DNA from: Candidatus Doudnabacteria bacterium
GTDB taxonomy: Bacteria; Patescibacteriota; Doudnabacteria; UBA920; O2-02-FULL-48-8
DNA: 64,000 bases
NCBI GenBank assembly: GCA_039931165.1
Contig: JBDTSL010000003.1
Span: 10,349-74,348 of the forward strand
Reading direction: 5' to 3'
This document shows positions 27,470-37,693 of this stretch, in pieces (the stretch's first letter is position 1; every line of letters starts with the position of its first letter). The notes beneath the pieces were generated by a model. The model was not told where the DNA came from, searched no databases, and saw only the letters and a list, made by a program, of their open reading frames with translations. A program made the translations under genes and the position numbers.

Positions 27470-28348
27470 ATGAAAAAGCTATTCGTCATTGTTGTTGCCG
27501 CAGTCATTCTCGGCGGGCTTTACTTCGCTTATAAGCATGATCCCAGCCCAAATAAAGCTTCGGACACCATGGCCGGTATGAATATGGCCGGAATGATGAT
27601 GGGCGGGGATGCCAGCAGAAGATATACCGTAAGCTTCGCTACCAATCCGGCAAACCCGAAGCCAAATCAGGACACCCAGCTAAAGTTTAAAATATACGAC
27701 GCGGCCAGCGGTAATGAAGTCACGGATTACAGCGCGGTTATGACCAAACTGATGCATTTGGTCATCGTTAATTCAAACCTGGATTATTTCGAACACATTC
27801 ATCCGGCACAGAACGGTTCCGAGTTTACCGTCACCACCAGTTTTCCAAAAGCGGACAACTACCATCTTTACATTAATTTTCAGCCCAACAGCGCGACCGA
27901 ACAGCAGATCGGGTTTTCTCTGCCCGTAGGTGTTCCGGCATCCCACACTTCTTCGCACATTCCTTTAGACAGCACTCTTACAAAAACCTTCGGCAATTAC
28001 AAGGTTACTTTAAGCAGCGCAAGTTCACAATTTAACGCCAATGACATGAACAATATGGCGGAAGTTTTGAATTTTCATATTGTTGATGCCAAAACCGGCC
28101 AGCCCGTATCCGATCTGCAGCCTTATTTGGGGGCTTTCGGCCATTTGGTGATGATCAATGAGCAAACCTATAAATATGTGCATATTCACCCCGTAGCTTC
28201 GGACAATACGATGGCAGGCGGACCTGACGTGAAATTCTTGCCGGCAGCGCTTTTCGATAAGATCGAGCCGGGAATTTACCGGGTGTTTGCTCAGTTCCAG
28301 CACAACGATATGGTTTTTGTGGCTGACTTTACGATTAAGATAAATTAA
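27470..28348 (+). CDS. Secreted/anchored protein with an internal duplication carrying an H-x-H-P motif (possible metal-binding)
   Basis: Repeat 1 'MHLVIVNSNLDYFEHIHP...YHLYINFQPN' and repeat 2 'GHLVMINEQTYKYVHIHP...YRVFAQFQHN'. N-terminal TM segment. Confidence 0.45.
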   Translation: MKKLFVIVVAAVILGGLYFAYKHDPSPNKASDTMAGMNMAGMMMGGDASRRYTVSFATNPANPKPNQDTQLKFKIYDAASGNEVTDYSAVMTKLMHLVIVNSNLDYFEHIHPAQNGSEFTVTTSFPKADNYHLYINFQPNSATEQQIGFSLPVGVPASHTSSHIPLDSTLTKTFGNYKVTLSSASSQFNANDMNNMAEVLNFHIVDAKTGQPVSDLQPYLGAFGHLVMINEQTYKYVHIHPVASDNTMAGGPDVKFLPAALFDKIEPGIYRVFAQFQHNDMVFVADFTIKIN

Positions 28349-28360
28349 TGAAGCGGATCT

Positions 28361-28430
28361 GTCGAATTTGCGAGGAGTCCCGACTTGTCGGGACGACGAA
28401 GCAATCTGCTCCTTAGAAATAGACTGCCAC
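28361..28430 (-). repeat. Family-A palindromic dispersed repeat, short intergenic copy (reverse orientation)
   Basis: Reverse complement: GTGGCAGTCTATTTC...AGATTGCTTCGTCGTCCCGACAAGTCGGGACTCCTCGCAAATTCG. Confidence 0.7.
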
Positions 28431-28486
28431 ACCCCGCCTTTGACTAATATTATTTTAATTTATGTTGGCGGGGCTCGCAGATTCGT

Positions 28487-29074
28487 GTGATGTTGAATAT
28501 TTATCATACTAGAATGAAGACATTAATAAAACGAATTGCAGTTTGTTCTTTCACGATCATCTTTGCTTTCGGCTTTATTCGGAGCGCTTCAGCGCATCTT
28601 TATGAGACGGACGGGTCGGTAACCGTGCTTTTGCACAGCAATCCGGATGACGATCCGATTGTGGGAGCGGCGGCAGCTTTGTTTTTTCAGATCGATGATA
28701 CTGCCAATCGTTTTGATCAGGCCCAATGCGACTGCAGCGTGGAGATCTCCAAACAAGGTAAAAAATTATTTTCAAGTTCATTACTGCGAATCGGGGGAGC
28801 GAGCATTTATGCCTACACCGTGCCGTTCACTTTCCCCGAAAAAGCGGTATACAGCATTGTCGTGACCGGCAAGCCGAAAGAATCCGAATTGTTTCAGGAT
28901 TTTCAGGTCAAATATGACCTGCGGGTCGACAGGGACCAAGGCCAAGAAGCAACCCCGGCCACCAACAGCACATCCGGCCGGTCCGCTAAACTTATCGCGA
29001 TAATTGCCGTTGGGTTTGTCGTCTTGGCTGGTTTAGTCATTTTCTTCAAAAGTAAAAGAAAATCGAAGCAATAG
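28487..29074 (+). CDS. Secreted protein with C-terminal TM anchor (possible periplasmic metal-binding)
   Basis: Signal peptide followed by 'AHLYETDGSVTVLLHSNPDDDP' (His directly after the predicted cleavage site). C-terminal TM plus a KRK stop-transfer. Confidence 0.4.
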   Translation: MMLNIYHTRMKTLIKRIAVCSFTIIFAFGFIRSASAHLYETDGSVTVLLHSNPDDDPIVGAAAALFFQIDDTANRFDQAQCDCSVEISKQGKKLFSSSLLRIGGASIYAYTVPFTFPEKAVYSIVVTGKPKESELFQDFQVKYDLRVDRDQGQEATPATNSTSGRSAKLIAIIAVGFVVLAGLVIFFKSKRKSKQ

Positions 29075-29075
29075 C

Positions 29076-29567
29076 ATGAGAAAGATATTTTATGCCATCC
29101 TCGGACTTTTCGCATACTTTCTGACCGCGGTCCCGGCGTCCGCCCACACAATACCCGCGGTCGATACGCCCGTTGCCGCACAAGGAAGCCTTGTGCCGTT
29201 TTTTTTAATGCTTTGGACGGTATATGTTGCGGCTATATTTTTATACTTCGTATATAAATCTCAACAGGCCAATAAATCGGAACGCGCGAACTCATATCGC
29301 CGATTCGGCAATGGTTTGATCGCAGTTTTCGCGGTTTTAGCTCTATTTTTGTATGCGACTCACCTGGGTTGTACATGCTTCGGCGACAACCAGTTCGGTT
29401 TAGAGAAACACACACAACATGAGTGCTGCCTTACTCCTGTTGTTATTTTAACCTCAACAGCCGAAATTCGCCCTGAAGTCGGTTTGTTCGCTGCCGTACC
29501 GTTTATACCGGCATATAAATCGCATCTATTTTCATTTTCAATAAACAACAAGTCACCACCCGCATAG
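29076..29567 (+). CDS. Hypothetical membrane protein
   Basis: Signal peptide then 'SAHTIP' and two TM segments. Confidence 0.4.
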   Translation: MRKIFYAILGLFAYFLTAVPASAHTIPAVDTPVAAQGSLVPFFLMLWTVYVAAIFLYFVYKSQQANKSERANSYRRFGNGLIAVFAVLALFLYATHLGCTCFGDNQFGLEKHTQHECCLTPVVILTSTAEIRPEVGLFAAVPFIPAYKSHLFSFSINNKSPPA

Positions 29568-29609
29568 GCCCGGTCCCGTGCTTGAGCAATAAAATTAAAG
29601 CATTAAATC

Positions 29610-30239
29610 ATGAGAAATTATAAGGTTCTTGGTTTTGGTTTGGCTGGCTTATTTCTGCTGATGGCACAAGTAGTATCGGCGCATGTAGTGGTAAAACCAA
29701 ACTCGGTTGGCATTGGCGCGTTCCAGGTATTCACAATGGGAGTGCCTTCGGAAAAATCGGTTGCCACGGTAAGCCTTCGGCTGCTGCTTCCAGAGGGTTT
29801 GAATTTCGTCACTCCGAACGTCAAGCCGGGTTGGAAGGTGGAAGTTAAGACCCAGGCCACGGGCAGGAAGATCACGGATGACGACGGTATGATGGTCGAC
29901 GAAATGAAGCCGGTGGAGATCGACTGGACCGGAGGTTCGGTGCCTGCCGGCCAAAGAGACGAGTTCTCGTTCCAGGCGCAAGTGCCAGCTGCAGCGACTA
30001 CCTTGGCATGGAAAGTTTATCAGACATACGCCGATGGCAGTGTGGTTGCCTGGGACCAAACACCCAGCAACGATGCCAAAAATCCATACTCGAAAACTCA
30101 AGTTATTGATGATCTATCCGCGCGAACAGAGGCACAAGAGTCCTGGTGGATAAAAAACGGGACTAAATTTACGGCTATCCTGAGCATCGTCGCAATAATT
30201 CTTGCCGGGTACGCGGTGATGAAAAACAAGACTGTTTAA
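29610..30239 (+). CDS. YcnI-like (DUF1775) copper-binding protein with C-terminal TM anchor
   Basis: The mature N-terminus 'AHVVVKPN' matches the YcnI His-brace start. Sec signal and C-terminal TM. Confidence 0.6.
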   Translation: MRNYKVLGFGLAGLFLLMAQVVSAHVVVKPNSVGIGAFQVFTMGVPSEKSVATVSLRLLLPEGLNFVTPNVKPGWKVEVKTQATGRKITDDDGMMVDEMKPVEIDWTGGSVPAGQRDEFSFQAQVPAAATTLAWKVYQTYADGSVVAWDQTPSNDAKNPYSKTQVIDDLSARTEAQESWWIKNGTKFTAILSIVAIILAGYAVMKNKTV

Positions 30240-30253
30240 CTCAAGTTAATTAA

Positions 30254-30288
30254 AACACCCTGCTTTGCGCAGGGTGTTTTTTTGATTT
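30254..30288. terminator. Bidirectional terminator
   Basis: AAAACACCCTGC-tttg-GCAGGGTGTTTTTTT: perfect 9-bp stem. Confidence 0.8.
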
Positions 30289-30291
30289 TTA

Positions 30292-30936
30292 TTACTGCTT
30301 TAGAGCGTCGTCGATTGCTTTTTTGAGGTCGTCGTAAGTGGAAGCGCTGGTTTTCTTGCCGTTCAAAAACAGAGTCGGCGTCGAGTTTACTCCCAGGGCG
30401 TTGCCGTCAGCCAGATCTTCGCCGGTGATCTTGTTGTCATACTGATTTTTCTGGACAGCGGCTGTAAACGCATTGACATCAAGCTCCAGACTCTGCGCGT
30501 AGCCGGTTAAGATATCCATCGGCTGGGCGGCACCCGTCCATTGGCTTTGGTTGTCAAAAATTAAATTATGCATTTCCCAATATTTGCCCTGAGCCCCGGC
30601 CGCTTCGGCGGCTTCGGCCGTAAGTTTGGCCCACTGGTGCTGAGGGAGCGGGAAGTTGCGGTAAACGAAATTAAAATCTTTGTTTCCCTTATAATTATCA
30701 ATTATTTTTTCGAGCGCCGGGTTTATTGAGCCGCAGAATGGGCATTGATAATCGCCGAATTCAACCAAAGTGACCTTGGCGGTTATAACGCCGGTCATAT
30801 TACTGGCGTCCCGCACCAGCTTGCCTGGGTCGGCTACTGTTGTGGTCTGGGGCGCGTTGCCTTTGAAAAATAGCAACACCGCGCCTGCGATGACCAGGAC
30901 CACGATCCCGCCCATGATTTTTAATTCTTTTGTCAT
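30292..30936 (-). CDS. DsbA/BdbD-family thiol:disulfide oxidoreductase
   Basis: 'EFGDYQCPFCGS' CxxC thioredoxin-fold active site and an N-terminal TM anchor. Confidence 0.8.
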   Translation of the reverse strand: MTKELKIMGGIVVLVIAGAVLLFFKGNAPQTTTVADPGKLVRDASNMTGVITAKVTLVEFGDYQCPFCGSINPALEKIIDNYKGNKDFNFVYRNFPLPQHQWAKLTAEAAEAAGAQGKYWEMHNLIFDNQSQWTGAAQPMDILTGYAQSLELDVNAFTAAVQKNQYDNKITGEDLADGNALGVNSTPTLFLNGKKTSASTYDDLKKAIDDALKQ

Positions 30937-31101
30937 CGGGTAGTAGAAATTTGATTAATAGTAATAAAATTTAGTTATCGAAGATTTTACCGAGCAGTGA
31001 AAAATAGTCTAAATTAGAGTATTTTTTAGTTCCAGCAAAGCTGGAACTATCAAATTTCACTACCCGACAGGTGTTCCTATTTTAGTATATCAATACATTT
31101 A

Positions 31102-31557
31102 ATGCAATATGTTATAATGTATGTGATGAAATTTCTCAAAAATAACTCATTATATCTGGCCTTTGCGACATCTCTGATCGCGACACTGGGAAGCTTTTAT
31201 TTCAGTAATGTCATAAATTTGCCGCCGTGCGTGCTTTGCTGGTATCAAAGAATCTTTATGGTTCCTTTGGCTTTTATTTTGGCTGTAGGGATTCTGAAGA
31301 AAGACAAGAATTTGCCTTATTATTTTTTTCCTTTAAGTTTGGCAGGACTTTTGATTTCCGTATACCATAATTTGTTGTATTTTAAGATTTTGCCGGAAGC
31401 TCTTTCTCCTTGCGTTGCCGGTGTGTCCTGTCTGACTAAATTTGTAAAAGTTTTTGGTTTTTTGGACATCCCGCAATTATCATTTTTTGGTTTTTTGACA
31501 ATAAACTTACTGATGCTTATATATCTGAAATCAAAAGATTCGGCTGAACAAAACTAA
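31102..31557 (+). CDS. DsbB/BdbC-family disulfide bond formation protein
   Basis: 'LPPCVLCWYQRIFM' first Cys pair and 'LSPCVAGVSCL' second Cys pair. Four TM segments. Confidence 0.7.
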   Translation: MQYVIMYVMKFLKNNSLYLAFATSLIATLGSFYFSNVINLPPCVLCWYQRIFMVPLAFILAVGILKKDKNLPYYFFPLSLAGLLISVYHNLLYFKILPEALSPCVAGVSCLTKFVKVFGFLDIPQLSFFGFLTINLLMLIYLKSKDSAEQN

Positions 31558-31564
31558 GAATCGC

Positions 31565-33211
31565 ATGGATCTTCTAAAACAAATAAAACAGGTTATAAAA
31601 GGCGACGCCAGCTCCGATGAAAAAACATTGGCCGATTTCAGCAAAGACGCCAGTTTATTTAAAGTTAAGCCGGCGCTGGTTGTTTTCCCGAAAAATACGG
31701 AGGATATTAAGAATTTGGTTAAGTTTGTGATCGAACGGAACAAGGCCGGCGACAAATTGTCTTTGACGCCGAGATCAGGCGGCACGGACATGACCGGGGG
31801 ACCGCTGACCGAGTCGATCGTCCTGTCTATGACCAAGTATTTCAATCATATAAATAAAATCGGCAAAGATTTTGCGATCACCGAACCCGGAGTATTTTAC
31901 CGGGATTTCGAAAAACAAACCCTGAAACAGGGCTTGCTTCTGCCGAGCTACCCGGCCAGCAGGGAGATCTGCACGGTAGGAGGCATGGCCGCGAATAATT
32001 CCGGAGGCGAGCTGAATTTGAATTACGGCAAAACCGAAAAATACGTGCTGGAGCTAAAAATGGTTTTGGCTGACGGCAATGAATATACTTTCAAGCCCCT
32101 GACCCTGGCTGAACTTGAAAAAAAGAAGCAGGAAAGGGGATTGGACGCGGAGATTTATAAAAAAATGTTCGAGCTGATCAACGTCAATTATGACGCTCTG
32201 GCCGAAGCCAAGCCGAATGTTTCGAAAAACTCCGCCGGCTATTATCTTTGGAACGTATTTGATAAGCAAAAAGGGATTTTTGATCTGACGAAAATGATCG
32301 TCGGATCGCAAGGGACATTCGGTATTATTACCGGGATAAAATTCAGGCTGATCAGGCCGAAAACCCATGAACATCTGCTGGTGGTTTTTCTGAATGACCT
32401 GAAAACTTTGCCCGAGATCACCAATCATCTGCTCAAATTCAAGCCGCAAAGCATTGAGTCTTATGACGACCAGACATTCAAAGTCGCGATGAAATTACTG
32501 CCGGATCTGATAGCCAAGCTTAAGGGCAACGCGATTAAATTATTTTTAAGCTTTATTCCCGAGGCTTGGATGGCGCTGACCGGCGGGATTCCTAAATTAG
32601 TGCTTTTGGCCGAATTTGCGTCAGATTCGGAAAAAGACGCTCTACGGCGGACGAAAGAAGCGCAAGAAAGCTTGAAGATATTTAAACTGAGCACCAAGCT
32701 GATCAGGACTGACGCGGCCGCCGCCAAGTATTGGGTCATACGCCGGGAAAGCTTCAATATGTTGCGTCATCATGTCCGGGGCATGCGTACAGCCCCTTTC
32801 ATCGACGATTTCGTGGTCAGGCCGGAAGCGCTGGGCGAATTTTTACCGAAGCTTTACGCGATTTTGGATAAATATAAATTACTGTACACGATCGCGGGTC
32901 ATGTCGGCGACGGCAATTTTCATATCATCCCTCTGATGAAACTCGGAGACGCGGAAGGAGCTAAAAAAATCATCATAGATTTGGGGAAGGAAGTTTACGA
33001 TCTGGTTTTCGAATATAAAGGTTCAATGACCGGCGAACACAACGACGGACTGGTGCGGAGCCCATACCTTGCGCAGATGTATGGGGAGAAAATCTACGGC
33101 AAGTTTGTCGAAGCCAAACGGATATTTGACCCGGAAAATTTGTTTAACCCCGGCAAAAAAGTCGATGCGTCGCTGGAATATGCCATGAAACATCTTGATT
33201 TTAAAGCTTAG
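31565..33211 (+). CDS. FAD-binding oxidoreductase (FAD-linked oxidase, GlcD/D-lactate dehydrogenase-like)
   Basis: 'PRSGGTDMTGGPL' FAD-binding PCMH-domain motif. 548 aa. Confidence 0.8.
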   Translation: MDLLKQIKQVIKGDASSDEKTLADFSKDASLFKVKPALVVFPKNTEDIKNLVKFVIERNKAGDKLSLTPRSGGTDMTGGPLTESIVLSMTKYFNHINKIGKDFAITEPGVFYRDFEKQTLKQGLLLPSYPASREICTVGGMAANNSGGELNLNYGKTEKYVLELKMVLADGNEYTFKPLTLAELEKKKQERGLDAEIYKKMFELINVNYDALAEAKPNVSKNSAGYYLWNVFDKQKGIFDLTKMIVGSQGTFGIITGIKFRLIRPKTHEHLLVVFLNDLKTLPEITNHLLKFKPQSIESYDDQTFKVAMKLLPDLIAKLKGNAIKLFLSFIPEAWMALTGGIPKLVLLAEFASDSEKDALRRTKEAQESLKIFKLSTKLIRTDAAAAKYWVIRRESFNMLRHHVRGMRTAPFIDDFVVRPEALGEFLPKLYAILDKYKLLYTIAGHVGDGNFHIIPLMKLGDAEGAKKIIIDLGKEVYDLVFEYKGSMTGEHNDGLVRSPYLAQMYGEKIYGKFVEAKRIFDPENLFNPGKKVDASLEYAMKHLDFKA

Positions 33212-33220
33212 GATTAGCGT

Positions 33221-33796
33221 ATGTGGTTTAACCTCAATGACATTATCCAATGGCTGATACACTATAAGTATTTGGTGATTTTTCCGTTTGCGGTCTTTGA
33301 AGGGCCGATTATTACGATCATTGCCGGTTTCTTAGCATCAATGGGCCAGCTTAATTTTTGGGTGGCTTTTATGGTTGTGGCAGCAGGAGATTTGTTTGCG
33401 GACAATCTTTATTATTTTATCGGCTACTACGGCCGCCTGAGGTTTATCTCCAAATTCGAGAAATATTTAGGCATGAGTCCGGCCAGGGTCGAACTGTTGG
33501 AAAAGCATTTCGAGAAACATCCCTGGAAAACCTTTATCTTCGGCAAAATTGCCCACGGGACCGGCTCACTCATCCTGGCCGCCGCGGGCTTAGGCCGGGT
33601 TCCGTATTGGGAGTTTATCGGCTATAATATACCTACCTCACTGGTCAATTCATTCATCCTGATAGTGATCGGGTTTTATTTTGGCCACGCATACGCTTAT
33701 ATAAATACTTTCTTCGGTTATTCCAGTCTTGTGTTTGTAGCCTTGCTTGCCGGCGCTTATATTTATTTTATTTACCGGTCTAAAAAATATCTGTAG
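33221..33796 (+). CDS. DedA-family (SNARE-associated) membrane protein
   Basis: 'VIFPFAVFEGPIITIIAGFLASMGQLNFWVAFMVVAAGDLFADNLYYFIGY'. Confidence 0.8.
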   Translation: MWFNLNDIIQWLIHYKYLVIFPFAVFEGPIITIIAGFLASMGQLNFWVAFMVVAAGDLFADNLYYFIGYYGRLRFISKFEKYLGMSPARVELLEKHFEKHPWKTFIFGKIAHGTGSLILAAAGLGRVPYWEFIGYNIPTSLVNSFILIVIGFYFGHAYAYINTFFGYSSLVFVALLAGAYIYFIYRSKKYL

Positions 33797-35014
33797 ATGA
33801 AAATACTGATTGTCGCGGACAATTATTATCCCAACGTCAACGGTTCGTCTTACTTTACCCAGAGGCTGGCTTATTATATGAAAAACCGCGGCCACGAGAT
33901 TTTGGTGATGTCCGCATCCAGAAGCATGCGCAACGAGCTGTTTTCGCACAATGGGATCGATGTTTTCGGCCTGCGTTCGTTTCCGCTCTCTTTTTTCTAC
34001 CGGGATTTTCGCTTTTCGCTCCCGATAGGAATTGCGGGGGATGTGGAAGCCGAGATAAAGCGGTTTGGGCCGGACGTCATCCATATCCAGGACCATTTTG
34101 TCATAAGCCCCATCGTCCAGAAGGTTGCCCAAGATCTGGGAATCCCAATGATCGGGACCAATCACTTTATGCCGGAAAATGTTCTGCATTATCTGCATCT
34201 GCCGAAAAAATTGGAGCAAATCGCCAAAAATTGGGCATGGGCCCAATTCCGTGTGATTTATGAACAGCTTCAGACCGTGACCACCCCGACCCGCACCGCG
34301 GCCCGGCTTTTGGAAGAGGTAAAATTGACCAAGCCTGTTCTGGCGGTCTCAAACGGCATTGATCTTCAGAAGTTCAAGCCGGACAACAACGGCGAATACC
34401 TGAAAAAACGCCTGAATCTTCCCGACAAGCCCATCCTTTTGTATGTCGGGCGCCTGGACAAAGAAAAAAATCTCGACTTGGTCATTAAATCTTTGCCCGA
34501 TGTGCTGGCGGAGGCTGAAATGCATTTTGTCATTGCCGGCAAGGGCGCTGAAACGGAAAGGTTGCAGAACCTGGTCCAAAGCTTGGGGTTGACCCGGGCC
34601 GTGACATTCGCCGGGTTCATCCCCGATGAAGATCTGCCGAATTTGTATCCGATCGCTGAATGTTTCGTCATCGCCGGCATCGCGGAGCTGCAAAGCCTGG
34701 TGACGATGGAAGCAATGGCCACAGGATTGCCGGTGGTTGCGGTCAATGCCATGGCCCTGCCGGAGCTTGTCCGGCACGGGGAGAATGGTTATTTGTTTGA
34801 TCTGAGCCGGACGGACTTGCTAACGCGTCATCTGATCGATGTATTTTCCGATGAGATGCTGCGCAAGAGAATGGGGGAGCGCAGTTTGGAGTTGATCCAG
34901 ACCCATGACATCAATAAAACCATGGCAATTTTTGAATCTATTTATAAAAATTCAATTGGCAACGAGAAACAAAAAACAGCCGAACCCGGCAGGCTTTATG
35001 AAATGGTTAATTGA
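33797..35014 (+). CDS. Glycosyltransferase family 4
   Basis: The C-terminal 'ELQSLVTMEAMATGLPVVAV' is the EX7E-type GT4 motif. Confidence 0.85.
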   Translation: MKILIVADNYYPNVNGSSYFTQRLAYYMKNRGHEILVMSASRSMRNELFSHNGIDVFGLRSFPLSFFYRDFRFSLPIGIAGDVEAEIKRFGPDVIHIQDHFVISPIVQKVAQDLGIPMIGTNHFMPENVLHYLHLPKKLEQIAKNWAWAQFRVIYEQLQTVTTPTRTAARLLEEVKLTKPVLAVSNGIDLQKFKPDNNGEYLKKRLNLPDKPILLYVGRLDKEKNLDLVIKSLPDVLAEAEMHFVIAGKGAETERLQNLVQSLGLTRAVTFAGFIPDEDLPNLYPIAECFVIAGIAELQSLVTMEAMATGLPVVAVNAMALPELVRHGENGYLFDLSRTDLLTRHLIDVFSDEMLRKRMGERSLELIQTHDINKTMAIFESIYKNSIGNEKQKTAEPGRLYEMVN

Positions 35015-35639
35015 TACCCACAAAAAAATCTGGTCCCAGGAATTTTTTTGGTCTGTCATCGCAGGCGTGATTTTATTTTTTTTAAGCCTGGTCGTCAATT
35101 ACTATGCGGCTTCCTATGCCTCAGAACGGGTCAGCTTGCCCGTAACTGATGTTATATTAAGCAATATCAGAGCCTATGACGTGGACTGGATAATATTGTA
35201 TGGCGCGTTGATCTTGATCGCTTTTACAGTTCTTGTTTTGATTTATCAGCCGAAAAGAATACCATTTGTCCTGAAATCTTTGGCGCTTTTTATCATAATT
35301 CGATCGACTTTTATAAGCCTGACCCATCTGGGGCCTTTCCCCACACAGATAACTTTTGATCCAAGCCGGCTCTTTAATATCCTTAGCCTTAACACTACGG
35401 CGGACCTGTTTTTCTCCGGGCATACGGGCATACCATTCCTGCTGGCTCTCATCTATTGGGACAGAATCGCATTGCGCTGGATTTTTTTGGCCACTTGCGT
35501 GGTTTTTGCGGTCAGTGTTTTGCTCGGCCACCTTCATTACTCAATTGACGTTTTTGCCGCTTTTTTTATCACCTACTCTATATTTGCGATTTCTCAAAAA
35601 ATATTCCGCGAGGACTGGAAGTTGTCACGAAGTAGATGA
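34998..35639 (+). CDS. Integral membrane protein with weak PAP2-like motifs
   Basis: 'FFSGHTG' and 'GHLHYSIDV'. The start at 'MKWLID' was chosen over the longer overlapping ORF. Confidence 0.35.
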   Translation: MKWLIDTHKKIWSQEFFWSVIAGVILFFLSLVVNYYAASYASERVSLPVTDVILSNIRAYDVDWIILYGALILIAFTVLVLIYQPKRIPFVLKSLALFIIIRSTFISLTHLGPFPTQITFDPSRLFNILSLNTTADLFFSGHTGIPFLLALIYWDRIALRWIFLATCVVFAVSVLLGHLHYSIDVFAAFFITYSIFAISQKIFREDWKLSRSR

Positions 35640-36649
35640 AAAATCTATATAGGATAATTTTGTTTTTTTTAGGACTTCTGCTGCCTTATGCCGTTTCCGC
35701 GCACGAAGCATATGTCCTGCCCCGTGCCCAATTTGAAGCGGGTCTTCGCCAAATCGGCCCGAATGTCTTTATATCCTTGCACGACCCGGGAAATTTGAGG
35801 GTATTTTTTTGGCTGAGCCTGGGAATCCTGGCGGTTTTAACAGCTAATTTTTTCTTTTCCAGAACCAAATTGGCGCTTAAGCTTTCCCGCGGATTGGAAC
35901 ACTTCAGCCACTTTGGGCCTTGGCTGATCCGCATCGCCATCAGCGCCGCGTTTTTCTTCTCCGCGGCAAGCAACACATTTCTTGGGCCGGAGATCCAGCT
36001 TGATTCCCTTCCGTCCGGCCCGCTGCTGCGAATTCTTCTTTTCCTGATCAGTTTTTTATTTCTGTTCGGGGTGCTTACGGAATTGGCGGCCATTTTGGCC
36101 TTGATAATATTTATCGCGGCAGCGGCTTCATATCACTGGTATATGCTGACCTATCTGAATTATTTGGGTAAATTGATCCTGCTGATATTGTTGGGGGCCA
36201 GGGAATGGTGGTCGGTAGACAATCGGTTTTTCGGAAATGCCATCCGTTTTCCCGCAATAAGAAAATACGAAATGGATATCGTTCGGATATTTTACGGCAT
36301 TGGCCTGGCCTACTCGGCGATCGATATCAAATTATTGCACTCAAGCCTTACGATAGATGTCGTTAACCAATATCATCTGACAAGATTTTATCTGCTGTTC
36401 CCTCATGATCCGATATTCGTGACCTTGGGCGCGGCATTCGCCGAATTTGTCATCGGTTTGTTCATTGCCCTGGGTTTTCAGCTGCGCCTGACCGTCCTGG
36501 TCAGTTTGTTTTATATCACATTGTCCCTGTTCTTTTTCCGGGAACTGGTTTGGCCGCACTTTTTGCTGTACGGTATTTCGCTGAGCCTGCTGATCACTCC
36601 TCAAAAATTATCTTTGGATAACTGGCTTATTAAAAAATTTAAACTGTAA
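35636..36649 (+). CDS. Hypothetical polytopic membrane protein
   Basis: 337 aa with ~9 TM segments. ATGA overlap with the upstream gene. Confidence 0.4.
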   Translation: MKNLYRIILFFLGLLLPYAVSAHEAYVLPRAQFEAGLRQIGPNVFISLHDPGNLRVFFWLSLGILAVLTANFFFSRTKLALKLSRGLEHFSHFGPWLIRIAISAAFFFSAASNTFLGPEIQLDSLPSGPLLRILLFLISFLFLFGVLTELAAILALIIFIAAAASYHWYMLTYLNYLGKLILLILLGAREWWSVDNRFFGNAIRFPAIRKYEMDIVRIFYGIGLAYSAIDIKLLHSSLTIDVVNQYHLTRFYLLFPHDPIFVTLGAAFAEFVIGLFIALGFQLRLTVLVSLFYITLSLFFFRELVWPHFLLYGISLSLLITPQKLSLDNWLIKKFKL

Positions 36650-36658
36650 TATTTATCT

Positions 36659-37186
36659 ATGAACATCCATCCGATTTTCGTCCATTTTCCGATTGCCCTT
36701 CTGTCGACCTATGCCGTCCTTGAGCTGATAAGATTTAAAATCGTTAAAAATCAGCTGTACTGGTTTTATGTCAAGTCAGTTTTAGTCATTTTGGGAACCT
36801 TGGGCGGATTAGCCAGCTTGCTGACAGGAGATATAGCCAAGGAACTGGTAACGGACAACAGCTATTTGCCGCTGATCAATACCCATGAATTTTGGGCCAA
36901 AACTTCCGTTGTTATTTTTTCGATCCTGGCCTCGGGGTATGCGGTGGCCTGGATCAGAAAGTATGATCGGGCTTTTATAAAAAATATTTCTATGTTCAGC
37001 GGAGTTTGGCAGGTAATCCTTAGAATTCAGGTTCTTATTACCGATACCCGGCTGGTTGTGGTTTTGGCTCTGGCTGGGATCGCGGCACTGTTCATCACCG
37101 GCGCCTTGGGCGGCTCGATCGTGTACGGGCACGAAGGAGATCCGGTGACGAACTGGATTTACCGTTTGTTTGTCCCGGGTTCTTGA
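36659..37186 (+). CDS. Membrane protein (DUF2231-like)
   Basis: N-terminal 'IHPIFVHFPIALL'. Confidence 0.4.
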   Translation: MNIHPIFVHFPIALLSTYAVLELIRFKIVKNQLYWFYVKSVLVILGTLGGLASLLTGDIAKELVTDNSYLPLINTHEFWAKTSVVIFSILASGYAVAWIRKYDRAFIKNISMFSGVWQVILRIQVLITDTRLVVVLALAGIAALFITGALGGSIVYGHEGDPVTNWIYRLFVPGS

Positions 37187-37235
37187 CTTTAGGCCGGATA
37201 TTTATTAAACTTACGAAACCTTAATATATGAATTT

Positions 37236-37634
37236 ATGAATTTTTCGGACGAAGAACTGAAGAAAAAACTGACCCCCGAGCAGTATAAGATCATGCGCGA
37301 AAAAGCGACCGAAGCTCCGTTCTCAGGTAAATATTACGATTCCCACGAAAAAGGGATGTATGTTTGCGCGGTATGCGGCAACCAGCTTTTCTCTTCCGAC
37401 ACGAAATTCGATTCGGGCACCGGCTGGCCGTCTTTTACCGATCCCGTCAATCTGAAAAACATCGAATTGCGGGATGACTCTGAACTCGGCATGCATCGCA
37501 CGGAAGTGGTTTGTAAGAATTGCGGCTCCCATTTGGGTCATTTATTTGACGACGGTCCTGTCGATAAAGGCGGTAAAAGATATTGTATCAACTCCGCCTG
37601 TCTGATGCTTAAAAAAGATACGGGGTTGACTTGA
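37236..37634 (+). CDS. msrB: Peptide-methionine (R)-S-oxide reductase
   Basis: 'CAVCGNQLF', 'GWPSF' and 'RTEVVCKNCGSHLGHLFDDGP'. Confidence 0.9.
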   Translation: MNFSDEELKKKLTPEQYKIMREKATEAPFSGKYYDSHEKGMYVCAVCGNQLFSSDTKFDSGTGWPSFTDPVNLKNIELRDDSELGMHRTEVVCKNCGSHLGHLFDDGPVDKGGKRYCINSACLMLKKDTGLT

Positions 37635-37693
37635 AGAACTTCAAAGTCTAAGATAAAAATATATTAAGGCGGCAAGAAAGCCGTCTTTTTATT

